Position numbers and translations under genes: made by a program. DNA of 63,541 bases, the filler included, from Reclinomonas americana ATCC 50394 (Eukaryota), in NCBI GenBank assembly GCA_048213135.1. It is 8 parts of 3 records of this genome, joined end to end, with 100 filler letters (N's around TTAATTAATTAA, not from the genome) between each part and the next. Parts side by side here need not be neighbours in the genome. Positions count along the whole stretch, not along the records: positions 12,522 to 29,907 come from PS015604.1; 7 more parts are not named here. One strand, 5' to 3'. Every line of letters begins with the position of its first letter. Position 1 is the stretch's first letter. The notes under the pieces were generated by a model. The model was not told the origin of the DNA, made no database searches, and saw nothing but the letters and a program-made list of their open reading frames with translations. Of the stretch, positions 12,901 through 26,053 are shown piece after piece.

Positions 12901-15133
12901 ACGCAAGACGGTCGGCGGCGCCCGATCAATGCCACGCACTANNNNNNNNNNNNNNNNNNNNNNNNNNNNNNNNNNNNNNNNNNNNNNNNNNNNNNNNNNN
13001 NNNNNNNNNNNNNNNNNNNNNNNNNNNNNNNNNNNNNNNNNNNNNNNNNNNNNNNNNNNNNNNNNNNNNNNNNNNNNNNNNNNNNNNNNNNNNNNNNNNN
13101 NNNNNNNNNNNNNNNNNNNNNNNNNNNNNNNNNNNNNNNNNNNNNNNNNNNNNNNNNNNNNNNNNNNNNNNNNNNNNNNNNNNNNNNNNNNNNNNNNNNN
13201 NNNNNNNNNNNNNNNNNNNNNNNNNNNNNNNNNNNNNNNNNNNNNNNNNNNNNNNNNNNNNNNNNNNNNNNNNNNNNNNNNNNNNNNNNNNNNNNNNNNN
13301 NNNNNNNNNNNNNNNNNNNNNNNNNNNNNNNNNNNNNNNNNNNNNNNNNNNNNNNNNNNNNNNNNNNNNNNNNNNNNNNNNNNNNNNNNNNNNNNNNNNN
13401 NNNNNNNNNNNNNNNNNNNNNNNNNNNNNNNNNNNNNNNNNNNNNNNNNNNNNNNNNNNNNNNNNNNNNNNNNNNNNNNNNNNNNNNNNNNNNNNNNNNN
13501 NNNNNNNNNNNNNNNNNNNNNNNNNNNNNNNNNNNNNNNNNNNNNNNNNNNNNNNNNNNNNNNNNNNNNNNNNNNNNNNNNNNNNNNNNNNNNNNNNNNN
13601 NNNNNNNNNNNNNNNNNNNNNNNNNNNNNNNNNNNNNNNNNNNNNNNNNNNNNNNNNNNNNNNNNNNNNNNNNNNNNNNNNNNNNNNNNNNNNNNNNNNN
13701 NNNNNNNNNNNNNNNNNNNNNNNNNNNNNNNNNNNNNNNNNNNNNNNNNNNNNNNNNNNNNNNNNNNNNNNNNNNNNNNNNNNNNNNNNNNNNNNNNNNN
13801 NNNNNNNNNNNNNNNNNNNNNNNNNNNNNNNNNNNNNNNNNNNNNNNNNNNNNNNNNNNNNNNNNNNNNNNNNNNNNNNNNNNNNNNNNNNNNNNNNNNN
13901 NNNNNNNNNNNNNNNNNNNNNNNNNNNNNNCCGCGTGCAACAGCTGCTGGTGACGTCGGGTCGGTTGCTGCTGAGTGACGGTGTGTGGCGATGGTCGGCC
14001 TGGTTGCAATTGTGTCGTGCATTCCCGCAGGAGCAGTACGACTTGGTGGCGCGCACGTTGGCGTTGGACACGGAGCCGATGGCGTTGTCGTCCTTGTCGG
14101 CGGTGCAGACGCCCATGCCCGTCTCGCGACTGCGCGAGAACGGAGGAGTTGGGGAGGGGGGTTCACCGGTGCCGAAGATCTCGGTGTTTTCGGAGACCAC
14201 CGACACTGGCGGTGCGTCGCATGTGTCGAGTGCCAGTGAGTTGGAGGAGTTGCTGCGACGCTCCGGCAGTTTCTCCGACTCGCTGCTCCTGTCGTGGTCG
14301 GAGCGGCGACTGCGCAGCCGGTGGCTGTCGGCCGACCTGCTGCTCGACGCCGTGCAGGCGGTGTTGGAGTCGTTCCCGTCGTTGGCGTTTGCGTTGACGG
14401 CGCTGCACTGGCAGTCCGATCGGACGCAGCTGCACATTCCACCGCACTTGCAGGCCGCCGCGTCTGCGCTGTCCAGCCCCGACGAGGCTAGTGCCGGCAG
14501 CAGTGCCGGCAGTTCGCGCCCAGGTACGCCGGATCCGGCCAGTCTGCTCAGCTCGAATCCCGACTTGGCGGGCATTGCCGGCTCGGCGGGAATGACCGGC
14601 GGTGACGCGCCCTCGTGGCAACTCATCATGTGGCACCTGGAGGATCAACAGCGCTTCGACTGGCTGCTGGTGTTTGGCGTCGCCACTGGCCAGGTCGAAG
14701 TGCTGCGACAGTGCCTCGATGTGGTAGCAGAGACGCTGGAAGACCGTCCGCCGGCCGTCGCCAGCTGGAGTCGCATGTCGCCTCCCGTGGCACGCTCCGA
14801 CGGCAGCCCGTCGCCGTCCCCGACTCCCGGAGGAGCTCTGCTGCTGCCTCGACCGCCACTGGAGCTGATCCACGCGGTGCAGAACTTGGCCGCGCGATTC
14901 CTACAGCTGGCCGACGAGCCGGACGATCGCACTCGCCCTTCGCCCGCCCAACGACTCGTCATGCACAGCGTCAAACTGCACGGGTTGCGTCCTTGTGTTC
15001 CCACTGCACGTTTATTTCCTTTGGAAAGCTCACATACAGTTGTTGGGGCAGGCTACGCGACGTGCTGCAGGAGATCGCCACCCTCACGGCCGACTTGCCG
15101 AGCTCGGTCGCCGCTGTCCCGCCCGCCGAGTAA
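6981..15133 (+). CDS. RIC1: RIC1 (Rab6 GEF subunit), multi-exon, interrupted by assembly gaps
   Basis: N-terminal GWP motif; LVVGTSSGYLITVSW; HVQLPVSYMEQNFPVTCASVTLDGLWIVVAGRRG..RWRFF; C-terminal DVTAHCIRKSE..LFRECLE..ACHLLILRE..DIVRFI typical of the RIC1 domain. Confidence 0.85.
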
Positions 15134-15193
15134 ATCATGCATTTTCCCGCGCATTTTCGATCGCATTTTCAATCCACATTTTACTTACTTCCG

Positions 15194-17150
15194 ATGAGCG
15201 GAGCACGAGCATCGCCCAACGCGCCCAAGAGCCACTCATCGCCCTCGCCAGCGCCTCCTGCGGCCTCCTCAGCAAAGCCGTCGGCCGCTCTGGACAACGC
15301 GTTTCGCGCCTTTTCGCAAATCCGACGCAGTGTGCGCGACTTGCAAGCAGGCTCGCTGCTGTTTCACTGGGACGCCAGTGGTCTCACGCCAAAGTTGCGC
15401 CTGTGTGTCCCTTTCTATGTGTGCGTGTGTGAGAGAGAGAGAGTTTGAGTCGCCATTTCCACTCACTTGTCACACACACGCACACAGGTTCTTCTTGGTG
15501 AATCTCGAGCATCACTTGCTGTGTGTGTACGAGATTGAGCGCAACAAGCGACCAGATGGAACCTCGTCGTTCCCCTCATCGCTTGCGCGCGAGACACTGT
15601 CGTTGGAGTTTGAGGTGCCTCTGAGTTCGATTGTCAAGGTCATTGCGCTGGCGGAGCGCGATGAGAGCAAAGGGTGAGCGCACACAGAGCGAGAGACACA
15701 CACAGAGATAGACACACAGTGTCTCACTGCGTGTGTGTGTGTGTGTGTGACAGTCGTCGCGGCATTCCGAATGATGATGAGGACGACGATGATTCGTATG
15801 GAGTGCCAAAGACTCCTGAGCAGATTGAGAAGCGCACGTTTGCGGTGGTGTTGCGTGATCGGCGGCACTTGACGATTGTGTCGCCGAGTCGCGAGGACTT
15901 TAGGCGATGGTACTTTGGTCTCACGTTCTTGGCCAACATTGAGGTGCGTGGCTTGGTCGCGCAAAGACAACTCGCGATCAGCACGGCTGATCGTTGCTTC
16001 TCTTTACCTGTGCGTGTACAGCCACTGGCGGAGGTGAATGTGACGTCGGAGTTGGCGGATCTGCTGGGCGATGAGGATAATGTGCGGGGACTGGCGATGC
16101 GACAGCAGAATGCCGAGCGACAGCAGCGCAGGGCCTCGGTCGACAAGAAGGCGGCGGCGGGTGGTCGGCCACTGCACCGACAAGCGGTGCGTGTGTGTGC
16201 ATGTGTGAATGTCGTTGGTGTGTAGACGTGCTGGCGCTGATGATGGCTGGTGAGCAGAGCGAGGGCGACGATCTCGGGAGCGGATTGGTCGGTGGTGTGC
16301 TGGAGGGTGGCGTGGACAGCGAGAGTGGCGCAGACAGTGCTGTGTACGGTAGTGGTGAGGAGGATGAGGAGGAGTTTGAGGACGATACGGAAGACTTGCC
16401 GGCGTCGGGGCGCGGAAGCGCCAGCCAGGTGCGTTTTCTTCACACTGTTGCTTTGTTATTGTTGATTTGCTCACTCCCCGCACAGAGTGGCGCTCCCTCA
16501 GTGGCATGGTCGACGCTGACGCAGACTGGCTCCGACACCACGTCGCAGCGTGGCCGCGAGGTGCTGGAATTCGACAATGAAGAGGAGGCCGACGACGACG
16601 ACGACGAGGGTGAGACGGCGGCGGAGCGCGCCGCACGTGATCGGCAGCTGTCGCTGTCGTTGCAGCGGAATCGCGACCAGGCAGCGCTCATCGAGGCGCT
16701 GGCCGAGGAGAACAAACTGCTGGTGGCCATTCGGGACGAGAAGACGAATGTGATCAACAAGCTGCTGGAGCAGATTGACATTCTCAAGGACGCTCTGTCG
16801 ACCTCCATGACGCTGCAGCGCACGCACGAGGAGGAGCTCGATCGCAGACGAGAGGAGAACGAGAAGCTGATGGTGCTGCTGAGCGCGGCGCGTAGCGGTG
16901 CATCATCGTCACCGCAAGTCAAGCAACATCAGCGGCATTTGGTCGGCGAAATCGATCGACTCAATGAGGTGCGTGAGGGAGGGAGAGGGAGAGGGGGAGG
17001 AAGGAAAGTTATATGATGTGCACGCTTGTGTGTGACTGTGTGTGTGTGTTTGTGCAGATTGTCAAGGCCAAGGAGGAGACCATTCAGTCGCTGGTGAAGC
17101 TTCTGAAGGACAACCGTGTGCCGTTCTCACCCTCCAAGATCCGCTCATAG
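15194..17150 (+). CDS. PH-domain protein with acidic linker and C-terminal coiled coil
   Basis: LQAGSLLFHW..FFLVNLEHHLLCVY..VPLSSIVKV..RTFAVVLRDRRHLTIVSPSREDFRRWYFGL (PH-like, terminal Trp helix); heptad-rich C-terminus; ~6 introns. Confidence 0.75.
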
Positions 17151-17282
17151 TGTGCGTGCACGCGCTGCTTGTGTTGTTGTTGGGTTTTTCTCTCGGTGCG
17201 AATGATATGGTGCAAGGGCAATGCGTGTAGTGAAGATGATGGATAGTTACATTTGGAAAACAATTTCATTGAACAACAACAC

Positions 17283-19086
17283 TCAGTGGAAAACAAACGC
17301 TGTGCCGGGCTTGGTGGGCGTGGTGGTGGCGGTGCTTGACGATGACACGCCGCTGCCACTTGCACCAGATTCCTGCTTGAAGATGGAGCGCACAGGTGGT
17401 GTGGCCTTGTCGTCGGAGAACGAGCGACGCGGTCGCACCATTTCTCGCGGCGGGGCACAGAAGCTGTAGAAGCTGCTGACGCGCTCGCCTCGCATCTCGT
17501 GCTCCAGCAGCTCGTCGCGCTTGCTCTTGTCGTACGAGTCGCCGAGGCGCAGCAGCACGCCCTGCAGATCGACAGTGTACTGTGCGTCGGTCAGTGCGTG
17601 CAGTCGGGTGGCGATTTGGTCGCCCAGCAGCTGCGAGTGTGTGACGAGAGAGCAGTGAGTGGAGAGGTGCTAATGCTTTGGGGGCGATAGTGATGTGTAC
17701 ACACGCACCAAGTAGGATCCACTGGGGACGCCGGCCACGCAGCCGATGACGTTCCACAGCTGCCAGCGATTCGGGTGCGTGTCGACTTTGGTCTCCTTCC
17801 ACACCACCTCCGTGGCGAGGAGACCGCCACTGGAGAATGGCGCGTCGTAGTAGTTCCACGAGTGGTCCACGCCCACGCCCTTGCCCTTGTAGCTGCGCCC
17901 GGTGGCACTGGACTGCCGGCTATTGGACTGTCGCTCGCTCTTGGCCTGTTCGCGCGCCGCGCGCAGTCGCAGAGCGTGATCGCGGTTCTCCTCGCGATCC
18001 CGCAGGCACAGGCCCAGCAACTGTGCACCGTCGGCAATGCCCGTCCACCGCCCCTGGTCCCAGTCGTAGGCCCCTGTGGCACCAAGAGTGTGAGGATTGC
18101 ATCCGTGGCATGCATGGCACTGGCCACGAACGCACCCTGCCACTTGTCGCCCGACATGCGGAACCGGCCAGTGGCGTCCACGTCGAAGCGCGCCACAAAC
18201 TTCCAGTACCAGCGCGATCCATCGACAACATCGCCACGGCGGTCGACCTGAGATTTCTTGCGTGTGGACCACGCCACGGGGATCTCATAGGCCAGCGCCC
18301 CGACTGCGTCGGCATCAGCACACACGACAGAGAGAGGGGGAGGGAGTGAACGGCGCAACTGTCGGCCAACGCAGACTGCGACGACTCCAGGCTGCTCTTG
18401 ATCAGCACATCGGCGTCGTCGACAGGAGCGCTGCTGTGGGTGCGGCCGTGCGGAGTGCGCATCTCGTCGACCAGCTGCATCACGGGCGTCGGCACCGCAT
18501 GCGCAGCGGCGGACACCGCCGCCGGCTGCATCCACGCACCATGAGAAACACATACATGCATGTGCGCAGGCAGAGAGAGACGCACCACATCCACGGCCGT
18601 GTTGGCGCGCTTCATTGCCGGTGCCTCCTCGTCGACATCGACTTGCGCGGGTCGTTTCATGCCGCGACCGTTGCTCACCAGCACCACACGCAGGCGCCGT
18701 ACGTCACCGTCGCCCTGCACACCACACTCGGCCAGTGTGCGCGCACGTGTGCGCTCGTCAGGGTCCACCAGCAGCTCGTCATTGAGCAGCATCTGTTGCA
18801 CGCGAGAGAATGCCCCCTCAGGAATGCTGGTCATGATTTGTGACAACTGTGTGCGTGTGGAGTGTGAGGTGAGACACACGTGTGTGTGTGGGAGGGAGAG
18901 AGAGGAGCGCACCAGTGCACCAAGAGTTGTCGCGCCAGTGAGCCCCACACACTCCACTCGTGTGTGTGGAGCAATGTGCATGCCCACAACGTCCACCACA
19001 GCCGCAAACTTGACGCTCTGCGCGACATGTGAGCGAGCGAGAATGAAAACCACAAATAGCACGTGCAAAGTGTCGCACGCAACCAT
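17283..19086 (-). CDS. Protein with N-terminal ubiquitin-like domain and uncharacterised aromatic-rich C-terminal domain
   Basis: ATG followed immediately by an intron; QQMLLNDELL..RTLAECGVQGDGDVRRLRVVL is ubiquitin-like; C-terminal exons WYWKFVARFD..YDWDQGRW..WNYYDAPFSSGG. Confidence 0.6.
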
Positions 19087-19169
19087 GGCTCCACGACAAG
19101 GCGAAAAGAGGAAGGTTTGTTGTGTTTGACCGGGAATGGCGAGCACCAGTCACAAGTGTCTGTCCGGGA

Positions 19170-19195
19170 TCGACATCGACCACCTCGACATCGAC
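19170..19195. promoter_or_regulatory. Two copies of candidate promoter motif TCGACATCGAC in a divergent promoter
   Basis: Exact copies at 19170-19180 and 19185-19195 between two divergent start codons; same motif in two other promoters. Confidence 0.45.
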
Positions 19196-19279
19196 CTCTT
19201 GCCTTTGTCGCGCAACAATGGGGGGCTGTTGTTCTCGCTGTTGCGGGGCATGCTGGGTTCGTTTTTTTTGCGTGCCGAC

Positions 19280-21473
19280 ATGATGGCAGATGAGTGAGAA
19301 AAGGAGTCATGACGCACTCACTTGACTGCGTTTGCGTGTTGTTCCGCAGAGGAAAGTATGCGGCAAGCGTGATCCCGATGATGGTGTGTGTGCGCGCGCG
19401 CGTGTGTGTGTGTGTGGTCTCTTGTGTGCAGGTTGCCAAACTGAAGCTGCGTGTATGCGTGTGTTGTTGGAAATGTCGCGCAGTGTTCGCGTACAGGTGA
19501 GCGTCAGTGCATGCACAGTCTAAGAGGGATGAGCTCTCTCTCTCTCACACACGCTTGCAACACAGCACCTTCAAGATCGTGCTCATCCGCGATCGCTACC
19601 TCGGCATTTTGCATTACTCGCTGCTGGCGGCGATTATAATCTACGTGGTCGGCATTCAGATTGTGCTCTTTGAGCAGTACCGCAAGGAGGAGTCGCCGGT
19701 CGGTGTGGTGCGACTCAGTTTGCGAAGAGTTGAGTGTGTCGGGGTGCTCCCTCCTTTCCCTCGGTGCCTGACTCCATCCATGATTGACTGACAGCCGTAC
19801 TTGCCGCCGGGTTGCGGCGATGTACCACGGCCGCCATGCACGCAAATCAAGATTGTTCCTGCTGATCAGTTACCATACTGTACAGCGTCTTCCGACTCGT
19901 ATCCAGCCCCCAAGTTACCGGTGCGTCGGCGATCTCTCTCACTTCTCCTCCTCCTTCTCTTTCCGCGACAGCTCACCAATGTCCATCGCAGTGCATCTAT
20001 TGGGATGAGAGTGACGTACAGTATCCACCAGTGGAGCAGTCGGCCATCTTTGCGACCTCGCGTGTGGTGCAGGATCATCAGCTGCTCAACTGTCAGCTGA
20101 CGGATCCCAGTTGCTCGTACACCTCGGTGGCGAAGGACAACCTCATGGCCTATGTGGCACAAGTGATGGAGTTTACGGTGAGGTCACCTCGCTGTGCAAA
20201 TCTGTGTGTTGTCACTTGCACTGACCCATCCTCGTCACTGCCTCAGCTGCGTGTCATTCCTCGTGCACGCGCACCCACTGTGGGCGTCGTGGGCGACACC
20301 ACCAATCTGCAAGGGTCCGTCTCTTGTCTTTTTTCCTCAGCCTTGGTGTCTGGTTCGCTCAACTCTCATCAATCCACAGGTACCTGATGAAGCGACCCTG
20401 CAACACTTGTTTGGGCCCGAACGACTGGGTGGTGGCTGAAAAGTTCACCAATCCCGTGCTCGGCGATGTCATGGAGCTCGACAAGATGCTGGAGTATGCC
20501 GGTCACTTTTCCATGGATGACATGTGTTGCGTGCCCACATTCGTGCTCTCTCTCTCTCTCGCCTGCGCACTTGTTCCTCACTTGTGCGCAGCCTACACAA
20601 ACAAGACGGTGACGAATCGATGGGACGGTCTCGTGGTAATGGTCGAGCTGGTGTTCTCCAACAAGGGCACTGGTGGCAAGTTGCGTGCCGACGGGAGATG
20701 TTGACGAGCTGGTGGCCGACATCCTCCTTGATGCTCACCCTCAACAATGTGCACACACAGAGTCCGCTACGAGTACCGGCCAGTGGTGCTGCCGTACACC
20801 GACTTCAAGATCACGCAGATCATCTACAACGTGTACCCGAACGATCGCGTGGTTCTCAATCGACACGGTCTGCGTCTCATCTTTTTGATCACGGGAGCGC
20901 TCGGCAGCTTCAACTTTACGGTGCTACTGATTCAGCTGACCACCTCTTTGGCGCTGTTAAAGGTGGGAGAACACCCCACCCCGCCTGTCTTTGCTCGCCG
21001 TCGATCGCGCTGACTTTTGTGTACTGATGCAGGTGGCTGCAGTAGTGGTCGACCTGCTCGCCACGCGCTGTCTGCCTGCGCGCAAGCACTACCGCAGTTA
21101 CAAGTTTGAGGAAACGGTCGACTTTTCCGACCTGCGCAAGCTGGAGGAGGAGCGCCGTCGACGCATGGAAGAGGAGGACACGGTGGATCCGTATCAAGTC
21201 AGTCAGCCGAACCCGTTCGCGCCAGTCACCGAAACCCAGGATCGGGAGAATCGGCCGCTGCTGGCACCGCGGACAACTGGCGCAGCTGCGCCCACCGTCA
21301 ATCCCAATGGCCTCATCCGCTCGCAGTACATGCCCTACGAGGCCACGTTGCGTTTGTCAGCGCCTGTGATTCACTTTCCTGTCCCGGAACTGACCTGCTC
21401 CTCCTCCCCGCACAGACCATATTCAAGAACAAAAGGACACAGTTCGCCAGTAAATCCCCCCGAATTGCATTAA
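19280..21473 (+). CDS. P2X receptor (ATP-gated cation channel), protist/Dictyostelium type, ~13 exons
   Basis: YSTFK (YxTxK) before TM1; GILHYSLLAAIIIYVV; Cys-containing ectodomain; NRHGLRLIFLITGALGSFNF before TM2; VVDLLA; C-terminal YRSYK (YxxxK). Confidence 0.9.
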
Positions 21474-21499
21474 CAGTTTGCTCTTGGAGACGTTTTCTT

Positions 21500-24493
21500 T
21501 CATGGACGGTTGCGCATGTAGGCCTGGAACATGTGGTTCTCGACGAACCGCAGAAGCTGGTTGTAGGCGTAGACGCACTTGCGGAAGCGCTCTTTCTCCA
21601 GTCGTATTGCCTCGCGCTCCATGAGCTTGATCTGCAACCCGTCGACCATATGAGCACGAGTGAAGGAAAGGTAGGTGTGTGGGGTGATGCGTAACTTCGC
21701 GAGCGTTCTCGGCCGCTGCCTTTTGAGCCATGGCGATTTCGGCACGGCGCCGAGACACCAGACGTGCTTTGGCCTGCATGATGAGAAGCATGATGAGCAC
21801 GCGATAGCGAAGACCACCCCAGCACAGTAACGCTTGTGCGTCCACTCACCGCCCGCTGCGCATCCTCCACCGCCCCCTCGTCCATTTTCAGAACAATCAG
21901 CGGCTCGCTGATGATTCCCTCGTCGGCACCCAGCGTCGGCATCTGCAGTGGCGCTGTTTCTGCCTTTGGTGGTTTCGGTCTGACACGCTTCGGCGTCGGA
22001 GCATCGTTGTCCTTGTCGGCCGGCGGTGGCGGTGGCGGCGGTGAAGGCTGTGATTGTACGCGCGTCCGTTTCGGTGCAGCCGACTGCGACTGCGGCTGTA
22101 CTGGTGCCGATGGTTGTGGTGCTGGCGGTGGTGGTGGTGGTGGTGGCGTTGGATTGCGCGGTTTGGGTGCCGCTGGTCGACGCACCACCTTCTCCCCTCC
22201 GCCACCTCCGTCTCCCTCGTCGATGCTGGAGCGCAGCGGCATCGCCTTCCGCATCTGCAGACGGCGCTCTTCCAGCACGGCAGCCCGATACGCCTCCTCT
22301 TCGTCCTCGTACTTGGGCTTGGTTCGCGACCGACGAAGTTTCGGCATGGATGCCGTCGTCGTCGTCGTCGTCGTCGCTGTGGTCGCCGACACAGTCTCCG
22401 ACGCCGTCTCCAGACGCTGCTCGGGCTCGTTGTCGACCGCGTCACTAGTCTCACTTCCCATGGCCAACTTGCGCACTGCACGTGCTGCTTGACGCGCCTC
22501 TCGTGGCGCCGAGCGACGGGGCTGTACCGTTTCTCGATCAGTCAGTCGCCGGTAGTTGTGTGACATGAGGGTCTATCTACATCCGCTCACCTCACTGGCT
22601 GTGGCGCTCAAAGAGGGAGCCGGAGTCGACACTGGACTGCTCGGCTGCGACGTGGAGGAGACAGCGCGACGAGGCACAGTCGGCACTGGCGGCTTGCGGG
22701 CGGCTGGTAAAGGAGCAGGTTCTGCGATTGCTTCGATCGGCTTGGAACCAACGGGCGCATGGGTGAGTGCTGCGGCTGGCAATGGCGGCTTGCGTGGGGG
22801 CGGGGTCGACTCTTGCACCGGTGCAGCACGGCGAACCACACGGATGCGCAGCTTGCGGCGTTTTGCGGGTGACTCTTCCTCGGACTCGGTCTCGGACTGC
22901 GATGCCTCGGTTGACGTGGCCACCGCTGCTGCAGCCGCCGCCGCAGCCTCCTCGGCTCTGCGTCGGCAACAAGCGCGTCAGTGACACCGTCGGTAGGTGC
23001 AAACACAAGAATGATGCGCAACTGCTGCCGTTGCAAGCGAGCCTGTCGCCGACGTGTGCGGGCGGCAAATGCACGAGCACGCCGTCGCGCCTCTTGTTTC
23101 TGCGCTCACTCATCAATCGATTGGATACAGGCAGGAGGTGGAGTGCATTCGACGACGAGAACGCAACTGCAATGCGCTGCTGCTTCTGCTCCAGAATGTC
23201 GCGAAACACATTGCGCGGCTGCAGTTCGATTTTCTTGACAAACGATGTCGGTCCGAACAGACCCTCGCCCACACCGGCCTACGCAGGCACACAACAGTGA
23301 GGATGAGCAAACTGGCGGGACATGGTAGTGGGAACACAGCGCCCAGACGCAACAGTGCGCGCATTGAACGACATGCGGGCGGCGCGTGGCAGCGAACCGA
23401 GTGTGACACCTGGTGCCGGAGCCGCGGCCGTGACAACCGGCGCATGCATGGCAAACAGTGTCGCGTCCACCTCCGTATCGTCCGAGGAGCTCGACTCCTC
23501 GCTGCCTTCGTACTCATCACTCTCATCGTCATCGTCGTCGTCGTCGTCGTCATCGACGTTGTCTTCAAAGTCTTCCGTCTCCTCCTCGTTGTCGCGGTCC
23601 ACACTGGAACTCATCGATCTTCTGTGATTGGTGAATCCAGAAGTCGGCTTGAAGGACGCCGTCGTCGTCGTCGTTGTTGTTGTGGTGGTGGTGGTGGTCG
23701 CCATCACATTGCCGCGCACCGCAGCAGCACTGCTCGGGCGCGAATACACGGTCATTGTCGGCAGTGGCGCCGGCACCTCCTCGCCCACCTGCTCCGCATC
23801 CACCAGCAGCGACTCGCCATGCAGCAACGGCCGCAGCCGCCCAGCCGACGCACCGCGCGCCAATCCCGCTGAGCCCGGTCGCGGTCGCCTCCCCGCACCA
23901 ACCTCCACAGCAATGCGCCGCTGCAAGGCCGCCTCGGTCGCCGCGTACAACTCACGCACATCGGCACCACTCGCCAGTCGCACAATCGGCGCCTCGCCTG
24001 CTGCCACTGGCTGCGCAGGAGGAGGAGGAGGAGGCGGTGGAGGAGGAGGCGGCTGACGACGCGGCAACATCACCGCATCCGTATTGCTGCGAAACAGCGC
24101 CGCACGCGCAGTCGACATTGATGCGCCTCCACCACTGCACACCACAATCAGCGCGCGCACACAAGCTCACGTCGACAAGAGCACACCTCACAGTGGAGGG
24201 AGCCTCTGCCTGCAGCTGTCCATGACTCAACGATCGTGGCCGCTGAATTTCACACTGTCACACACTTACACACGCCTGCATACACTCGCATTCAAGGCAC
24301 ACGCAACAGCAGGTCCTCCAGCCGCCAGCAACTGCGCCATGATATCACTGGCCATGAGCGCCGCAGGTCGCGCGCTCAGTCGCTGCTGCTGGCGCTGTTG
24401 ATGTAGCTGCTGTCGCGCGTGCAGGAGACCGCTGATGCCCACGCTGTCGCTCATGGTGAACGTCGGCAGCGCAGGCGATCGACGCGACGACAT
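21500..24493 (-). CDS. Large low-complexity (Pro/Thr/acidic) protein of unknown function
   Basis: Continuous spliced frame with GT-AG introns; basic NLS-like PAKRRKLR; ends ...RKCVYAYNQLLRFVENHMFQAYMRNRP*; start codon uncertain. Confidence 0.6.
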
Positions 24494-24568
24494 GGTTGGA
24501 GAAGAAGAGAAACTGCAAATTCGTTTCGTCTTCGTTTCCCGCGCGCCCTCTTCGTTCTCCGAGGTCGC

Positions 24569-25845
24569 ATGCGACCGCTGCGGTTGCTGGCGTGGCTTGC
24601 TGCGTACATTGTGTCGGTGGTGGTGCTGCAGCAGAGTGTGTGGCTCTTTGTTGCCGTCAATCCTCCACCCGCACCTGCACCGATTGTCACCACTGTTCTT
24701 CCGCCTCCTCCCCCTCCTCCACCACCTCCTCCTCCTTCTCCGCCACCTCCTCCGCCTCCAACTCCACCAGTGTCTCCTCTCGCAGAGCCGCTGCCGTGGC
24801 CAGGTCTTTGGACCCCCTTGCACCCATGTGTATGATCATGTGTGTGTGTGTGACTGAGACTCGGTGAGTGCAGAGTTTCGTCGCCTGTTTGCGCCGCAGT
24901 TGCCGTCGCGACGACGAATGGAGCGCATGGAGGCACCAGTGCAGGTCTTTGATGGATTCCTGTTCAACGATGAACTCGATCTGCTGGAGGTCTGATCATC
25001 TCACCCTCTCTCCCTTGCCCTCATTCTCACACTCCGTGTGGCCGCAGGTCCGCTTGCACGAAATGGCGCCATGCGTGGACTACCACATCCTGGTGGAGTC
25101 GTCGATCACGCTGCGCAACGAGAGCAAGCCGTTGCATTTCGCGCAGAACAAGGAGCGCTTTGCTGCGTTCCTGCACAAGATCATTCATGTGGTGGTCGAC
25201 GAGGCCATTGGAGACTTTGTGTACTGGGAGAACGAGACGCGCTTCCGCAATGCCATCGGGCAGCGCGGACTCGGCATGCTGCCGGTGACGGTGCAGCCGC
25301 ACGACTGGGTGATGGTGTCGGATGTGGACGAGATTGTCGATCATCGTGCCGTGTGTTTCATCAAGCACTACGCCTCCTCGTTGCCGCCAATGCTGCGCTT
25401 CCGTCTCAAGTGGGTGTTTGGCACGTTCGTGTGGCTCAACGTCAAGACGTGGGATGTGGCGGCGGCGGTGGCGGCCGAGGAGCTGTGGAAGCACAACAAT
25501 CGCACGAACGAGGTGCGCAGGACGGGCTTGGAGTTGCCGGAGGTGGGCCACATTGGAAACGGGGGTCGGTGGGCCGGCTGGCACGCTTCGTGGTGTGTTC
25601 CGCTGCTGTCGTGGGCCGAGAAGTTGCGCACGTTCGCACACAAGGAGCTGGACACGGCCAAGAACAATCACTTGGCGCGCCTGACCGCCATGCGACGCAA
25701 TGGCGAGTGGTTTGACGGCACGCACTTGCGTCGGCACACGCCGTCGAAAAAGGTGACTCCCGAGGCGGCCATGTTGGCGCCTGCATATGTGTTGGAGAAC
25801 GCCGATCGCTTTCGGTACTTGTTGGACCCGGAGGTGCCGGCGTGA
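24569..25845 (+). CDS. Glycosyltransferase family 17 (MGAT3-like beta-1,4-GlcNAc transferase), type II membrane protein
   Basis: N-terminal TM plus Pro-rich stem; VFDGFLFNDELDLLEVRLHE..VESSIT..KPLHF..SDVDEI..AGWHASW..KLRTFAHKE; 2 introns. Confidence 0.9.
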
Positions 25846-26053
25846 GAATCGCACCCGCCCTTGCGCGTGTGCGGTTTGCAGTTCGGAAGAACATTCCGCA
25901 TTTGAAGAGTGACGGTGCGAGAGGCAGCGTGCGTTGTCGGCGGTGCGCGACGGCCTCTTCCCCCGGCAGCACAACCGCCAAACTTGCTTTTGCACTTTGG
26001 CGGCGAGCGCGCACCACGACAACAACGATAAGAAGAAGGTAGCGCCAGTCACC

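Noticed and set aside
19451..19483. Possible 33-nt mini-intron in P2X
   Set aside because: In frame, stop-free and without a clear branch point; cannot be distinguished from coding sequence without RNA
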